Positions 21,743-32,772 of a DNA stretch of 64,000 nucleotides are shown piece by piece (positions within the stretch are counted from its first letter, which is position 1; each line of letters begins with the position of its first letter). Where the stretch lies: assembly GCA_963727445.1 (NCBI GenBank), contig CAVSGI010000010.1, forward strand, positions 768,001 through 832,000, written 5' to 3'. The notes below the pieces were generated by a model that made no database searches, was not told the origin of the DNA, and was given only the letters and a program-made list of their open reading frames with translations. A program made the position numbers and the translations under genes. Origin of the DNA: an uncultured delta proteobacterium. Its GTDB lineage: Bacteria; Myxococcota_A; Polyangia; Polyangiales; B10-G4.

Positions 21743-22402
21743 GTGGAGCGCATTACCGAACCCGAGCTGATGGATGACAGCAATCAGGCGGCGGCGTACG
21801 CCGGCGCCGACTTCGACGAGCCGAATCGGCAGTTCGTCGAAGAGCTGAGGTCCCGCATCCCCGACGTGCCGACGATGATGAGGGTCGTGGATCTCGGCTG
21901 CGGGCCCGCCGCCATCCCCATCGACCTGGTCGCGCGCCACACCACCATGCGCATCGATGCCGTCGACGGCGCGGAGGCGATGATCGAGGTGGCGCGGGAA
22001 GCGGCCGAGGATGCCCCCGGCGCTGATCGGCTGCGACTGATCCACGGACTCCTGCCGGGCGCCGGGCTGGAGAGTGCGGCCTACGATCTCGTGCTGAGCA
22101 ACAGCCTGCTACATCACTTCGAGGACGCGTCGGTCTTCTGGAGCGAGGTGCGACGGCTGTCCTCCCCGGGTGGCAGCATCTTCGTCGTCGACCTCCGGCG
22201 TCCGCCCAGCCGCGGAGACGTGGCGGCGCTGGTCGACCGGTACTCGGGTGAAGAGCCGGAGATCCTGCAGCGCGATTTCTATCGCTCGCTCTGCGCCGCC
22301 TTCACGCCGGCCGAGGTGCGCAAGCAGGTCATCGCCGCGGGGCTCTCGCTCTCGGTGCAGAGCCTCGGCGACCGCCACCTCGTGGTCTGGGGCCGCGCTT
22401 AG
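21743..22402 (+). CDS. Class I SAM-dependent methyltransferase
   Basis: ERITEPELMDD..Q..AYAGADF; VDLGCGPA; SNSLLHH; DLRRP. Confidence 0.88.
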   Translation: MERITEPELMDDSNQAAAYAGADFDEPNRQFVEELRSRIPDVPTMMRVVDLGCGPAAIPIDLVARHTTMRIDAVDGAEAMIEVAREAAEDAPGADRLRLIHGLLPGAGLESAAYDLVLSNSLLHHFEDASVFWSEVRRLSSPGGSIFVVDLRRPPSRGDVAALVDRYSGEEPEILQRDFYRSLCAAFTPAEVRKQVIAAGLSLSVQSLGDRHLVVWGRA

Positions 22403-23229
22403 AGGCCTGTCGCCTTCGGGCAATCGCTTCGGCACCACTCGCTCCACGAGCCCACGTAGAGCTGCGCGCCCTCGATCCCCGCGTGCGCGAGGGCGAGGAG
22501 CGTGTGGCAAGCTGTGACGCCCGAGCCGCAGCTGACAATCAGGTGCTCGGGCGGCCGTCCGTCGAGGAGCGCACGGTATTTCTCGCCGAGCGCTCGGGGA
22601 TCGAGGAAACGACCGTCGGGCCCCAGGTTGTCCTCGAAGAAGAGGTTGTCGGAGCCGGGGATGTGGCCCGCCACCGGATCGAGCGGCTCGATCTCGCCGC
22701 GATAGCGTTCGGCGGCGCGCACGTCGAGGACCTTCCACGACGGGTCGTCGACGCGTGCGGCGACCTCTTCCACCACGGCGGTGGGCGAGAGCCAATCTTC
22801 GGGCACGGGATAGTCGGGCGCGGGCTCGGGCGCGCGCGTCTCCTTCTCCGTGGGGAACCCTTGCGCCAGGGCCGCGGCCCATCCGCCATCGAGCACCCGC
22901 ACTCGCGAGTGGCCGACAGCGCGAAGCATCCACCACAGGCGCGCCGCGGCGTTGGCGCCGCCCTTGTCGTCGTAGACCACCACGTCGGAGTCGGGCGTGA
23001 TGCCCAGCCGGCCGAGGGTGTGAGCGAACGTGGACAGAGATGGCAGTGGGTGGCGTCCGCCGACGGAAGGGTCGGCATGATCGCCAGAGAGATCGGTGTC
23101 GAGCTCCACGTGCTGCGCGCCGCTCAAGTGCCCGTTGGCGTAGGCCGCCGCGCCGGCCGGCCCCGAGCGCGCATCGATCAGAACCATGCCGGGCTCGAGC
23201 GCCGAGGCGCCGATCAGCGGGGAGACCAT
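22399..23229 (-). CDS. sseA: Thiosulfate/3-mercaptopyruvate sulfurtransferase (tandem rhodanese)
   Basis: GRHPLP, AARLWW, LDGG, GHIPG, active site CGSGVTAC, YVGSWSEW. Confidence 0.92.
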   Translation of the reverse strand: MVSPLIGASALEPGMVLIDARSGPAGAAAYANGHLSGAQHVELDTDLSGDHADPSVGGRHPLPSLSTFAHTLGRLGITPDSDVVVYDDKGGANAAARLWWMLRAVGHSRVRVLDGGWAAALAQGFPTEKETRAPEPAPDYPVPEDWLSPTAVVEEVAARVDDPSWKVLDVRAAERYRGEIEPLDPVAGHIPGSDNLFFEDNLGPDGRFLDPRALGEKYRALLDGRPPEHLIVSCGSGVTACHTLLALAHAGIEGAQLYVGSWSEWCRSDCPKATGL

Positions 23230-23286
23230 GCGCTGAGCGTCTCAAGGAAACCCTGTATTCTCAACCACCTGAACGTTCGGGTCCGA

Positions 23287-23315
23287 CAAAGTGTAAAGTG
23301 TTACTTGACACTTTG
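23287..23315. promoter_or_regulatory. Palindromic operator overlapping a TTGACA -35 element
   Basis: CAAAGTGTAAAGT-GTT-ACTTGACACTTTG, 13-bp arms with 1 mismatch; TTGACA at 23305-23310; GAGACT 17 bp downstream at 23328-23333; AT-rich patch in GC-rich DNA. Confidence 0.75.
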
Positions 23316-23340
23316 CGGCGTGCGCCCGAGACTCGGGGTC

Positions 23341-24558
23341 ATGGCCGCTGCCATGAGTCGACGACGTTCGCCGCTGGTCGCCCTCCTGCCCCGCCGGCTT
23401 CGCCAGCGGATCGAGGGCGCGCGCCACGACCTGCGCATGCTGCGCGGCAGCCTCCGTGGTGAAGCGCCGCCCTACCTCGTGCCTCGGCGCGGGAAGAAGC
23501 CCGAGACGAGCCCACCGCGCCGATCCGTGATCGCGTGGCGACACTTCACCGCGACGGAGGTGATCCGCGAGACGCCGGACGCCGTCACCCTCGTCCTGTC
23601 GCCGTCGGACGGGCGCCCGATCGTCTTCGAGGCCGGGCAGTTCTTGACCGTCGAGGTGGAGCTCGACGGCCAGCCGCTGCGGCGCGCCTATTCGATCTCC
23701 AGCGCGCCGAGCGACGGCCGAATCTCGATCACCGTCAAGCGCATCCGCGACGGCCGCGTCAGCAACCACCTGAACGACCACGCGGTCGTGGGCTCGCGGC
23801 TGAAGGTGCGTGGACCGTCGGGCAGCTTCGGCGCACCAAGGGACGCGCGCGAGCTCGTCATGATCGCGGGCGGGAGCGGGATCACGCCTCTCTTCGCCAT
23901 CGCGCGCGAGGTCCTCGCGGGCGAGCCGGAAGCGCGCGTCACCCTGATCTACGGCAACCGAGCGCCCGAGGACGTCATCTTCGACGCGGCGCTCGCGGCG
24001 ATGGCGGAGAGCCACCGACGTTTCGTCCTCGATCGCGTGTACTCGGATCCGCCCGCGGGCCACGAGGGCCCGCGCGGGCTCCTCGACCGCGCGATGGTCG
24101 AGGCGCGCCTCGATGGCCTCGGCGTCGACCCTGCGCGCGCGGTCTTCCTCGTCTGCGGACCGGAGCCGATGCGCCACGCCACGCGCGCGGCCCTCGAGGC
24201 GCGCGGCGTGTCGGCGGCACGGATCCGCGAAGAGGTCTTCGTGCGACCGGAGCTGCGCGACGATGGCGCGCCGCTGCCGAAGGAGAAGGTCTCGGTGAAG
24301 ATCCTGGGCCAAGGCGACGCCCGCGAGGTGGTCGTCGCCCCAGGCCGGACGCTCCTCGAAGCCGGGCTCTCCGCAGGCGCAGCCCTGCCCTTCTCCTGCA
24401 CCATGGGCGGCTGCGCTGCGTGCAGGGTCCGCCTGACCTCGGGCGAGGTGCGCATGGAGGAGCCGAACTGCCTGACCGCGAGCGAGCGCGAAGCGGGCTA
24501 CATCCTCACCTGCGTCAGCCGGCCCCTCGGCCCCTGCACCGTGAAGGTCGAGTCGTGA
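23341..24558 (+). CDS. FAD/NAD(P)H ferredoxin reductase with C-terminal 2Fe-2S domain (PaaE/KshB-like)
   Basis: RAYSISS, GRVS, AGGSGITP, YGNR, CGP, FSCTMGGCAAC and ILTC. Confidence 0.92.
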   Translation: MAAAMSRRRSPLVALLPRRLRQRIEGARHDLRMLRGSLRGEAPPYLVPRRGKKPETSPPRRSVIAWRHFTATEVIRETPDAVTLVLSPSDGRPIVFEAGQFLTVEVELDGQPLRRAYSISSAPSDGRISITVKRIRDGRVSNHLNDHAVVGSRLKVRGPSGSFGAPRDARELVMIAGGSGITPLFAIAREVLAGEPEARVTLIYGNRAPEDVIFDAALAAMAESHRRFVLDRVYSDPPAGHEGPRGLLDRAMVEARLDGLGVDPARAVFLVCGPEPMRHATRAALEARGVSAARIREEVFVRPELRDDGAPLPKEKVSVKILGQGDAREVVVAPGRTLLEAGLSAGAALPFSCTMGGCAACRVRLTSGEVRMEEPNCLTASEREAGYILTCVSRPLGPCTVKVES

Positions 24559-25286
24559 GCGCGGCAGCGGAGGTTCGGGAGCGCTACCCGTACAAGATGA
24601 AGGACCTCTGCGAGCAGACCGGCCTCGCGCGCCAGGCGATCCACTTCTACATTCGCGAAGGGCTGGTCCCCGCCGGACACAAGACCGGTCACAACATGGC
24701 GTTCTACGGCCCCGAGCATCTCGAGCGCCTGTCGCTGATCAAGCGCCTTCAGCACGAACGCTTCCTGCCGCTCAAGGCGATCAAGGCGATGCTCGACGGC
24801 CGGCAGGGTCACTTCAGCGACGAGCAGCAGCGCTTCCTCGAGGCGGTGCGCGCCGAGCTCGAAGCCATGCGCTCCGCCGGTTCGGAAGCACCGCGACTGG
24901 TGGACCCGGCGCCGCTCATGGAAGCGCACGGCGTCACGGAAGAGGAGCTCGCGCAGCTCGTCGATCTGGGGATCGTCGGCGCGGCCGAAGGCGAGGACGG
25001 GTCCCTCTCGGTCGCGGCCGAGGACGCCTGGGTCTTCGACATCGTCGGCCGCATGCGCGCGGCGGGCTTCACCGAGGAGCGTGGCTTCGACGCCAGCCAC
25101 CTGGCCATCTACGCCGAAGCGGTGGATCGCATCCTCGAACGCGACATCGAGCTCTTGAGCGAAAAGCTCCCGGGCCTGCCCCCCGGCGTCGCGGCGCGCA
25201 TGCTCGAAGCGGGCATGCCGCTGGTCCACGAGTTCCTCGCGCGCCGTCACGCGCGCCGCACCAACGACTATCTCTCGAGCGTCTGA
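24555..25286 (+). CDS. MerR-family transcriptional regulator
   Basis: MKDLCEQTGLARQAIHFYIREGLVP...YGPEHLERL.LIK.LQ..FLPLKAIK; GTGA overlap with reductase. Confidence 0.88.
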   Translation: MSAAAEVRERYPYKMKDLCEQTGLARQAIHFYIREGLVPAGHKTGHNMAFYGPEHLERLSLIKRLQHERFLPLKAIKAMLDGRQGHFSDEQQRFLEAVRAELEAMRSAGSEAPRLVDPAPLMEAHGVTEEELAQLVDLGIVGAAEGEDGSLSVAAEDAWVFDIVGRMRAAGFTEERGFDASHLAIYAEAVDRILERDIELLSEKLPGLPPGVAARMLEAGMPLVHEFLARRHARRTNDYLSSV

Positions 25287-25300
25287 CAGGGAGCACCATC

Positions 25301-26554
<1,254 letters not shown>

Positions 26555-26588
26555 CCACCTCGCGGGGGCTGTCGTACCCTCCCGCTCC

Positions 26589-27131
26589 ATGAAGAAGAAG
26601 ATCGCGTTGGGGGTGGGCGTGGTGCTCCTCCTCCTGATCATGGGCCCGGTCATCGCCGCCGCCATGCGACCGGACGAGTACCGTGTAGAGCGCACCCGCG
26701 TGATGAGCGCGACGCCGAATCTGATCGTCCCCCAGCTCGAGAACCTCGAGAAGTGGACCGAGTGGAACCCGTGGATGGATCTCGATCCGCACGCGCGCAT
26801 CGAATACTCCGATCCGTCGTCGGGCGTCGGCGCCTGGTACACCTGGGAAGGCAACGACGACCTCGGCAAGGGCAAGATGACGATCACCTCGGCCAGCGCC
26901 GAGGAGGTCACCTACGACCTCGAGTTCATCGAGCCCTTCCCCTCCACCGCCGACGTCGGCATCACCCTCGAGGAGCAGGGGGATGGCACGAAGGTCACCT
27001 GGTGGATGGAGGGAAGGAACGACTTCATGGGCAAGCTCTTCGACCTCTTCGTGGGCATGGACTCGATGATTGGCGCGGACTTCGAGCGCGGCCTCGAAAA
27101 GCTCGAGCACGCCGCGACCGACGGCGGATGA
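26589..27131 (+). CDS. SRPBCC (START-like) family protein with N-terminal TM
   Basis: YRVERT, W.EWNPW, GVGAWYTWEGN, G.G.M, TKVTW.M, G.DFE.GL.KL. Confidence 0.88.
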   Translation: MKKKIALGVGVVLLLLIMGPVIAAAMRPDEYRVERTRVMSATPNLIVPQLENLEKWTEWNPWMDLDPHARIEYSDPSSGVGAWYTWEGNDDLGKGKMTITSASAEEVTYDLEFIEPFPSTADVGITLEEQGDGTKVTWWMEGRNDFMGKLFDLFVGMDSMIGADFERGLEKLEHAATDGG

Positions 27132-29715
27132 CCGACCGGCTCCTCATCGTCCACGCGACGCATCTTCTGTCGCGCGGGTATCTGAGCGTCTCCGACGACC
27201 GGCAGACGCCGGAGGGAGATCCCGCCGGCGCGCTCTTCGCCGCGACCAGCGCGCTGCGGCGGGCCCTGGCCTTCAAGGAGCCGGAGATGGCGGTGGCCAT
27301 CTTCGATGCGGACGCCGACACCTCGAGCTGGTCGTCCTCGCTCGCCTCGCAGCAGGAACGCTTCCCGGATTTGCTGCGTGCTCAGGGGATCACCGTGACG
27401 ACGGCCTCCTCGGCCGCCGACGTCGTCGCGTCCTACACGAAAGCCGCCCGCGAAACCGGTCACGACGTCGTCATCGTCGGCAGCGACAAGCGCCTCGCCC
27501 AGCTCGTGGGCCACGGCGTGTGGTGGTACGACGCCTACAAGGACGTTCGCTACACGCCAGAGCTCGTGAAGAAGCGCTTCGAGGTGGGGCCGGCGAACGT
27601 GGCGGAGTGGCTCTCGATGGTGGGCGACGACGACACGCTCCCCGGCGTGAAGGGCCTCGGCAAGAAGGGGGCGACGCAGATCATCGAGGCTTTCGGGTCC
27701 CTCGACGCGGCGATGGAGAGGGCGGACGAGGTCGAAGGCCGCCCGGGCAAAGCGCTCCGCGCATCGCTCGACGACGCGAAGCGCGAGCTCGCGCGCGCCC
27801 GCCTCGATCAGAGCGTCGCCCTCCCCCTCCCACTCGACGCGCTCGCCTTCGAGCCGCCCGAGGCTTCTGCGCTCGGTGCCCTCTTCGCGGAGCTCGGCTT
27901 CTTCCAGCTGCTGGAAGCACGAGAGGGGCGCCTCGACGACGTAGATGTCACCGTCTGCGCGGACGCGGGGTCGCTCGCCGATGCGCTCTCCGCGCTCGAA
28001 GGCGCGCCGGTGTCGATCCACGCGCTCATCGACGGCCCCACGCCCTTCGCCGGGCGCCTCGCCGGGCTCGCGCTCGTGAAGAGCGAAGGCCCGGCGTTCT
28101 ATGTGCCCTTCGCGGGACGTGGCGCGGTGTTCGACGACGTGCCCGAAGCACTCGCCACGTTCCTGGCCGACCCCGCGCGCCCGAAGGTGGGGCACGACAT
28201 CAAGCGCGCAGTCGTGGCCTTCGCGCGGCGCGGCGCCGCCGTGACGGGCATCTCTGGCGACGCGGGCTTCGCGTCACACCTCCACCAGCCCAGCAACTGG
28301 GCCCCGCACGATTCTCGACATCCTGGCCAAGCAGGTCCTTCACCGCCCGCTGGTCGAGGAAGAGACGGTGCGCGGCGTCGGCCGCTCCCAGAAGCCGTGG
28401 GCCGAGCTCGAGACGGAGGTCGCGGCCGCCTACGCCGCGCACCTCGCGCGGGCGGCGGACGAGGTGTGGCGAGAGCTCGCTCCGACGACCGACGAGGCGC
28501 TGTTGGCCGAGTACCAGGCCCTTCGTGAGACTTGCGAACGCATGGAGCGGTCGGGTATCGCAGTGGACGGCGCGGACCTCGCCACCGCAGGGGACGACTT
28601 CGACCGGATCCGCGAAGAGCTCGAGAAAGAGATCTACGCGCTCGCCGACAAGACCTTCAACCTCGGCTCCACCAAGCAGCTCGGCTCGGTGCTCTACGAG
28701 GACCTCGGGCTGCCGATCGTGAAGCGCACCAAGACCGGCTGGAGCACGGCGACCGAAGCGCTCGAGCGCATCGAGAACGCGCACCCCATCGTGCCGCTGG
28801 TGATTCGCTGGCGCACCCTCCGGCGGCTGAAGGACACCTGGGTCACGGCGCTGATGGCGAGCATCGCGGACGACGGGCGCGTACACTCGATGTTTCATCC
28901 GGCGCGTTCTTTCAGCGGACGCCTGGTCAACTCGGAGCCGGACCTGGGCCGCGTGCCCGGCGCCACGCCCGAGATGGCGCGGAATCCGCCACGCCTTCGT
29001 CGCGCCGCCGGGGCGCGTCCTGCTCTCAGTGGACTACGAGCAGCTCGGTCTCTTCGTGCTGGCGCATCTGACGAAGGACCCGGCGCTGGTCGAGCCACTC
29101 GCAAACGAAGACGACCTGCACACGCTCACGGCGGCCGCCGTCCTCGACCTCGATCCGGCGAAGGTGGGCAAGAAGGAGCGCCAGATCGGCAAGGTCGTGA
29201 ACTTCGCCACCTTCGCCGGCCAGGGCGCGAGCGCGCTGGCGCTCCAGCTCGGCGTCGACGCCGCTGAGGCGAAGGAGATCATCGCCCGTTTCGATCGGCG
29301 CTATGCGGTGGTGCGGGCGTTCCAGGACGAACAGCTCGCGCTGGTGCAGAAGCGCGGCTTCATCGAGACGGTCGCCGGGAGGCGCTGGCCCATCGGAGGT
29401 CTCACTTCGAAAGACCAGCAGGCGCGCGCCTACGCGGAGCGTCTCGCCCGGCGCGCCACCCACGAAGGCTCGGTGGCGGACGTGTCCCGCCGCGGCCTCC
29501 TGCATGCAGACCAGGCGCTTCGCGCCCGCGGTCTTCGCGCCGAGCCTCTGCTGCAGGTGCACGACGAGGTGCTCTTCGAGGTGGACGGGGATCAGCTCGA
29601 GGAGGCCGCCGAAACCGCGGCAGATGCGATGCGAAAGGCCTTCGCGCTCGAAGTCCCCTTGCGGGTGGGGAAGAAGGCGGGACCGAACTGGGCGGAGCTG
29701 CGACCTCTCGGGTAG
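27128..29715 (+). CDS. Divergent DNA polymerase I-like protein; +1 frameshifts at ~28310-28314 and ~28982-28986
   Basis: PGVKGLGKKGA (H3TH), FNLGSTKQL..VLY, KTGWST, SGRL, IRHAFVAP..SVDYEQLGL..LAHL (motif A), RQIGKVVNF (motif B), LQVHDE (motif C); spread over three frames; ATGA overlap with SRPBCC gene. Confidence 0.88.
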
Positions 29716-29724
29716 AGTTCGGCC

Positions 29725-30375
29725 ATGCGCACGTTCGTCTCCCTCGCACTGGCGCTCGCCGCCCTCTCGACCGCCGCCTCAGCCCAGGCACAGAGCGGAG
29801 AAGACCGCCCTCCCTTTCGGGACGGTGTTCGCGTCGGAGGCGGCATGGTGACGGGCTTCGCCGGACAGCTCCACCTCGACTACGAAAACCTGCCCGACAC
29901 GGACGACGATCTCCTCGCCACGGTCGGCTTCGACGTCTTCGCCGAGTACGCGTTCATGCGCTACCTGGCGCTCGGTGCGCGGTCGAGCCTCGTCTGGTGG
30001 AACGCCGAGACCTTCGACAACGCGGGGAACGGACGCAGCTTCCTGTGGACGCTCGACATCCAACCGAAGGTTCGCTTCCCCTTCGCCCTCGCGGATTTCG
30101 GGGCGGAGGTGTTCCTCGCACTCCCGCTCGGCCTCACCGTCAGCGTGCCCAATCGGGACATCCTGGGCGATCCGAACGTAGCGCCCGGTTTCAATCTCGC
30201 GATCATGGGCGGGTTCGCGCTGTGGTTCACCGAGCAGATCGGCGCCTACACCCAGGTCGGCTGGCAATGGCATTGGGCCCGCCACCAGTTCACCAGCGGT
30301 CTGGCGTCCGGGGTCGACGTCAACGCGCGCATCAGCCAGCTCCGCTGGACCTTCGGCCTGACCGTCGCCCTCTGA
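29725..30375 (+). CDS. Outer-membrane beta-barrel protein
   Basis: Signal peptide AQA; about 8 amphipathic beta-strands; terminal strand LRWTFGLTVAL. Confidence 0.75.
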   Translation: MRTFVSLALALAALSTAASAQAQSGEDRPPFRDGVRVGGGMVTGFAGQLHLDYENLPDTDDDLLATVGFDVFAEYAFMRYLALGARSSLVWWNAETFDNAGNGRSFLWTLDIQPKVRFPFALADFGAEVFLALPLGLTVSVPNRDILGDPNVAPGFNLAIMGGFALWFTEQIGAYTQVGWQWHWARHQFTSGLASGVDVNARISQLRWTFGLTVAL

Positions 30376-30388
30376 CCACAGCGTTGGC

Positions 30389-31324
30389 TCAATCACAGCT
30401 TCGGAGGGTCAGCACGCCGAACAGGCTCGGATCCTTCGTGGCGCCGATACCCGACGTCCACTCGATGAATCCCTGCGACTCGCCCGGGCCGTCCATCTCG
30501 TTCACGAGCCAGGAGATCCCGAAGCGATCCATGACCGCGAAGGAAGAGAGCTCGAGGTCAGCCGCCGATAGCCTCACCTCGTAGATGGTGGTGCTGCCGC
30601 TGCGCATGATGACCACCTCGTCCGTCGGCGTCGCCGCACCGCTGGGCGCCACCCAACGGTAGCGTTCCGTTGCCGAAGAGGTGCGTGCCCATCCATATTC
30701 GAAGTCGTCGGTGTCGTCGTAGGGTGAGCCGCCGTTCCTTGCGACGTCGAAAGCCGCCTGGATGCTGTCGCCGCGCCAGAGGTACTCACCCGTATCGTCG
30801 TTGAAGTGCGTGTCGTCGGTCACTTCGAAGGCGAGGTAGAGGTCGGTTTCGGTCCACAGGGCGGCCGCGCGAGCGGAGAGATCGTCGGCGGAGGTGACCG
30901 CCGGACCGGCACGGTCCCGCCATCGCGAAGGTGTGACCGATACGAAGATGGCCCAGCTCCAATCGCTCAGATCCCCGTCGAGTGCGATGGTGGGCGGCGC
31001 GGGAAGCGCGACCATCTCGTCGACCCCCGGCGGCGCGGTGGTGCAGCTCCCGGACGCATCGGCATCGGTGGTGGCGTCGGGCGGCACGAGCGAGTCCGTT
31101 CCGATGTCCGCCGGGGCCCCATCCGCCGTCGCGTCGCGTCCCCCGGAGTCCGTTGCGGCATCCATCGCGGAGGAATCGACGGCGGAGGTGTCCGCCGCGC
31201 CCGAGTCGGGCATGGGCGTCGCGGAGTCCGCCTCGAGCGCCGACGAATCGACACTGCACGCGACGACCAGCGCCAACGAGGAGAGCGGGACCGTGAACCT
31301 CCAGTCCAAGGCGCCAGTATACAT
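30389..31324 (-). CDS. Lipoprotein with CBM9/DOMON-like sugar-binding domain
   Basis: Lipobox VVAC; D/A-rich linker; LDGDLSDW, LW...LYLAFEVTDD, GDSIQ..FD, YEVR. Confidence 0.8.
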   Translation of the reverse strand: MYTGALDWRFTVPLSSLALVVACSVDSSALEADSATPMPDSGAADTSAVDSSAMDAATDSGGRDATADGAPADIGTDSLVPPDATTDADASGSCTTAPPGVDEMVALPAPPTIALDGDLSDWSWAIFVSVTPSRWRDRAGPAVTSADDLSARAAALWTETDLYLAFEVTDDTHFNDDTGEYLWRGDSIQAAFDVARNGGSPYDDTDDFEYGWARTSSATERYRWVAPSGAATPTDEVVIMRSGSTTIYEVRLSAADLELSSFAVMDRFGISWLVNEMDGPGESQGFIEWTSGIGATKDPSLFGVLTLRSCD

Positions 31325-31372
31325 CGCCTTTGCCGTCGCTCGGGCTTCGCGAGGTCTGGTAAAACGTCCCCG

Positions 31373-32761
31373 ATGAAATACGTCGCTACGAAACGCAAGG
31401 ACTCGATCCCCATCTACGCCGTGGAGAAGAAGAAGCTCGCGAGCTTTCTGAGCCGCCAGTCACCGCTGATGCGCAACTGGGTGGCAGCCACCGGCTTCGA
31501 TGGCGGCACCGGCAAGCACCTCCTGGTGCCTTCGCGCAGCGGCAAGCTCGACGCGGTGCTGGTGGGCGTCGGCGGACGCGGACCGTGGGACTGGGCCGCG
31601 CTGCCGAAGGCCCTGCCGGAGGGCGACTATCATCTCGCGGGACGGCGGAGCCCCGGCGAGGGCGAGGACGCCACCCTCGGCTGGGCGCTCGGAACCTACA
31701 AGTACGCCCGCTACAAGTCCGACGAGACCAAGTACGCCACCCTCGGCTGGCCACGCGGCGTCGACCGCGACGAGGTGACGCGCCTCTTCGACGGGATCTG
31801 CCTGACGCGCGATCTGATCACCACGCCTGCCAACGACATGGGCCCGTCTCATCTCGCGGAGGCGGCGACCGAGATGGCCGAGGCGCAGGGCGCGTCGGTT
31901 CGGGTGATCGTGGGGGACGATCTCCTCGAAGAGGGCTTTCCCGCGATCCATGCGGTGGGCCGCGCCGCGGAAAACGCCCCGCGCTTGATCGACATCACCT
32001 GGGGTGACGCGAACAAGCCGAAGCTCACCTTGGTGGGCAAGGGCGTGTGCTTCGACACCGGTGGCCTCGACCTCAAGAGCGCCGGGAACATGAAGCTCAT
32101 GAAGAAGGACATGGGCGGCGGAGCGCTGGTGCTCGGCCTCGCCCACGCCGTGATGGACGCCGGGCTCCCCGTGCGCCTCCGCGTCCTGGTCCCCGCGGTG
32201 GAGAACAGCGTCGCCGGCAACGCCTATCGGCCTCTCGACGTGATCGAGACGCGCAAAGGCAAGACCGTGGAGGTCGGCAACACCGACGCCGAGGGCCGAA
32301 TCATCCTCTGCGACGCCCTGGCCCTCGCGGAAGAGGACAAGCCCGACCTCATCATCGACGCCGCGACCCTCACCGGCGCGGCACGGGTGGCGCTCGGCAT
32401 CAAGCTGCCGGCGCTCTTCAGCACCGACGACGACGCGGCGCAGGCGCTGCTCGAAGCGGGCGAGGCCGTGGGCGACCCGCTGTGGCGGATGCCCCTTCAC
32501 CAGCCGTATCGCAAGGGCCTCGACAGCCGCGTCGCCGACATCAGCAACATCGCCAACACCGGCTACGGCGGCGCCATCACCGCGGCGCTCTTCCTTCGAG
32601 AGTTCGTAGGCAAGAAGCGTAGTTGGATGCACATCGACACGATGGGCTACAACACGTCGAGCGAGCCGGGGCGGCCGGCGGGCGGCGAGGCCCTCGCGCT
32701 CCGCGCTCTCTACGCGATGCTCGAGAAGCGCTACTCCGGACGGCGGCGGCGCAAGAGGTAG
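31373..32761 (+). CDS. M17 leucyl aminopeptidase
   Basis: VGKGVCFDTGGLDLK, MKKDMGG, NTDAEGR, ATLTGA. Confidence 0.95.
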   Translation: MKYVATKRKDSIPIYAVEKKKLASFLSRQSPLMRNWVAATGFDGGTGKHLLVPSRSGKLDAVLVGVGGRGPWDWAALPKALPEGDYHLAGRRSPGEGEDATLGWALGTYKYARYKSDETKYATLGWPRGVDRDEVTRLFDGICLTRDLITTPANDMGPSHLAEAATEMAEAQGASVRVIVGDDLLEEGFPAIHAVGRAAENAPRLIDITWGDANKPKLTLVGKGVCFDTGGLDLKSAGNMKLMKKDMGGGALVLGLAHAVMDAGLPVRLRVLVPAVENSVAGNAYRPLDVIETRKGKTVEVGNTDAEGRIILCDALALAEEDKPDLIIDAATLTGAARVALGIKLPALFSTDDDAAQALLEAGEAVGDPLWRMPLHQPYRKGLDSRVADISNIANTGYGGAITAALFLREFVGKKRSWMHIDTMGYNTSSEPGRPAGGEALALRALYAMLEKRYSGRRRRKR

Positions 32762-32772
32762 TGCGCTAGACT

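Noticed and set aside
27128..29715. Calling the Pol I-like gene (and the other split genes) pseudogenes or programmed frameshifts
   Set aside because: No in-frame stops or truncations and no slippery heptamers seen; shifts cluster at GATC-derived sites, which fits sequencing error better. Not formally excluded without reads.
27128..29715. Assigning the symbol polA
   Set aside because: Too many canonical residues differ for the housekeeping orthologue; left unnamed.
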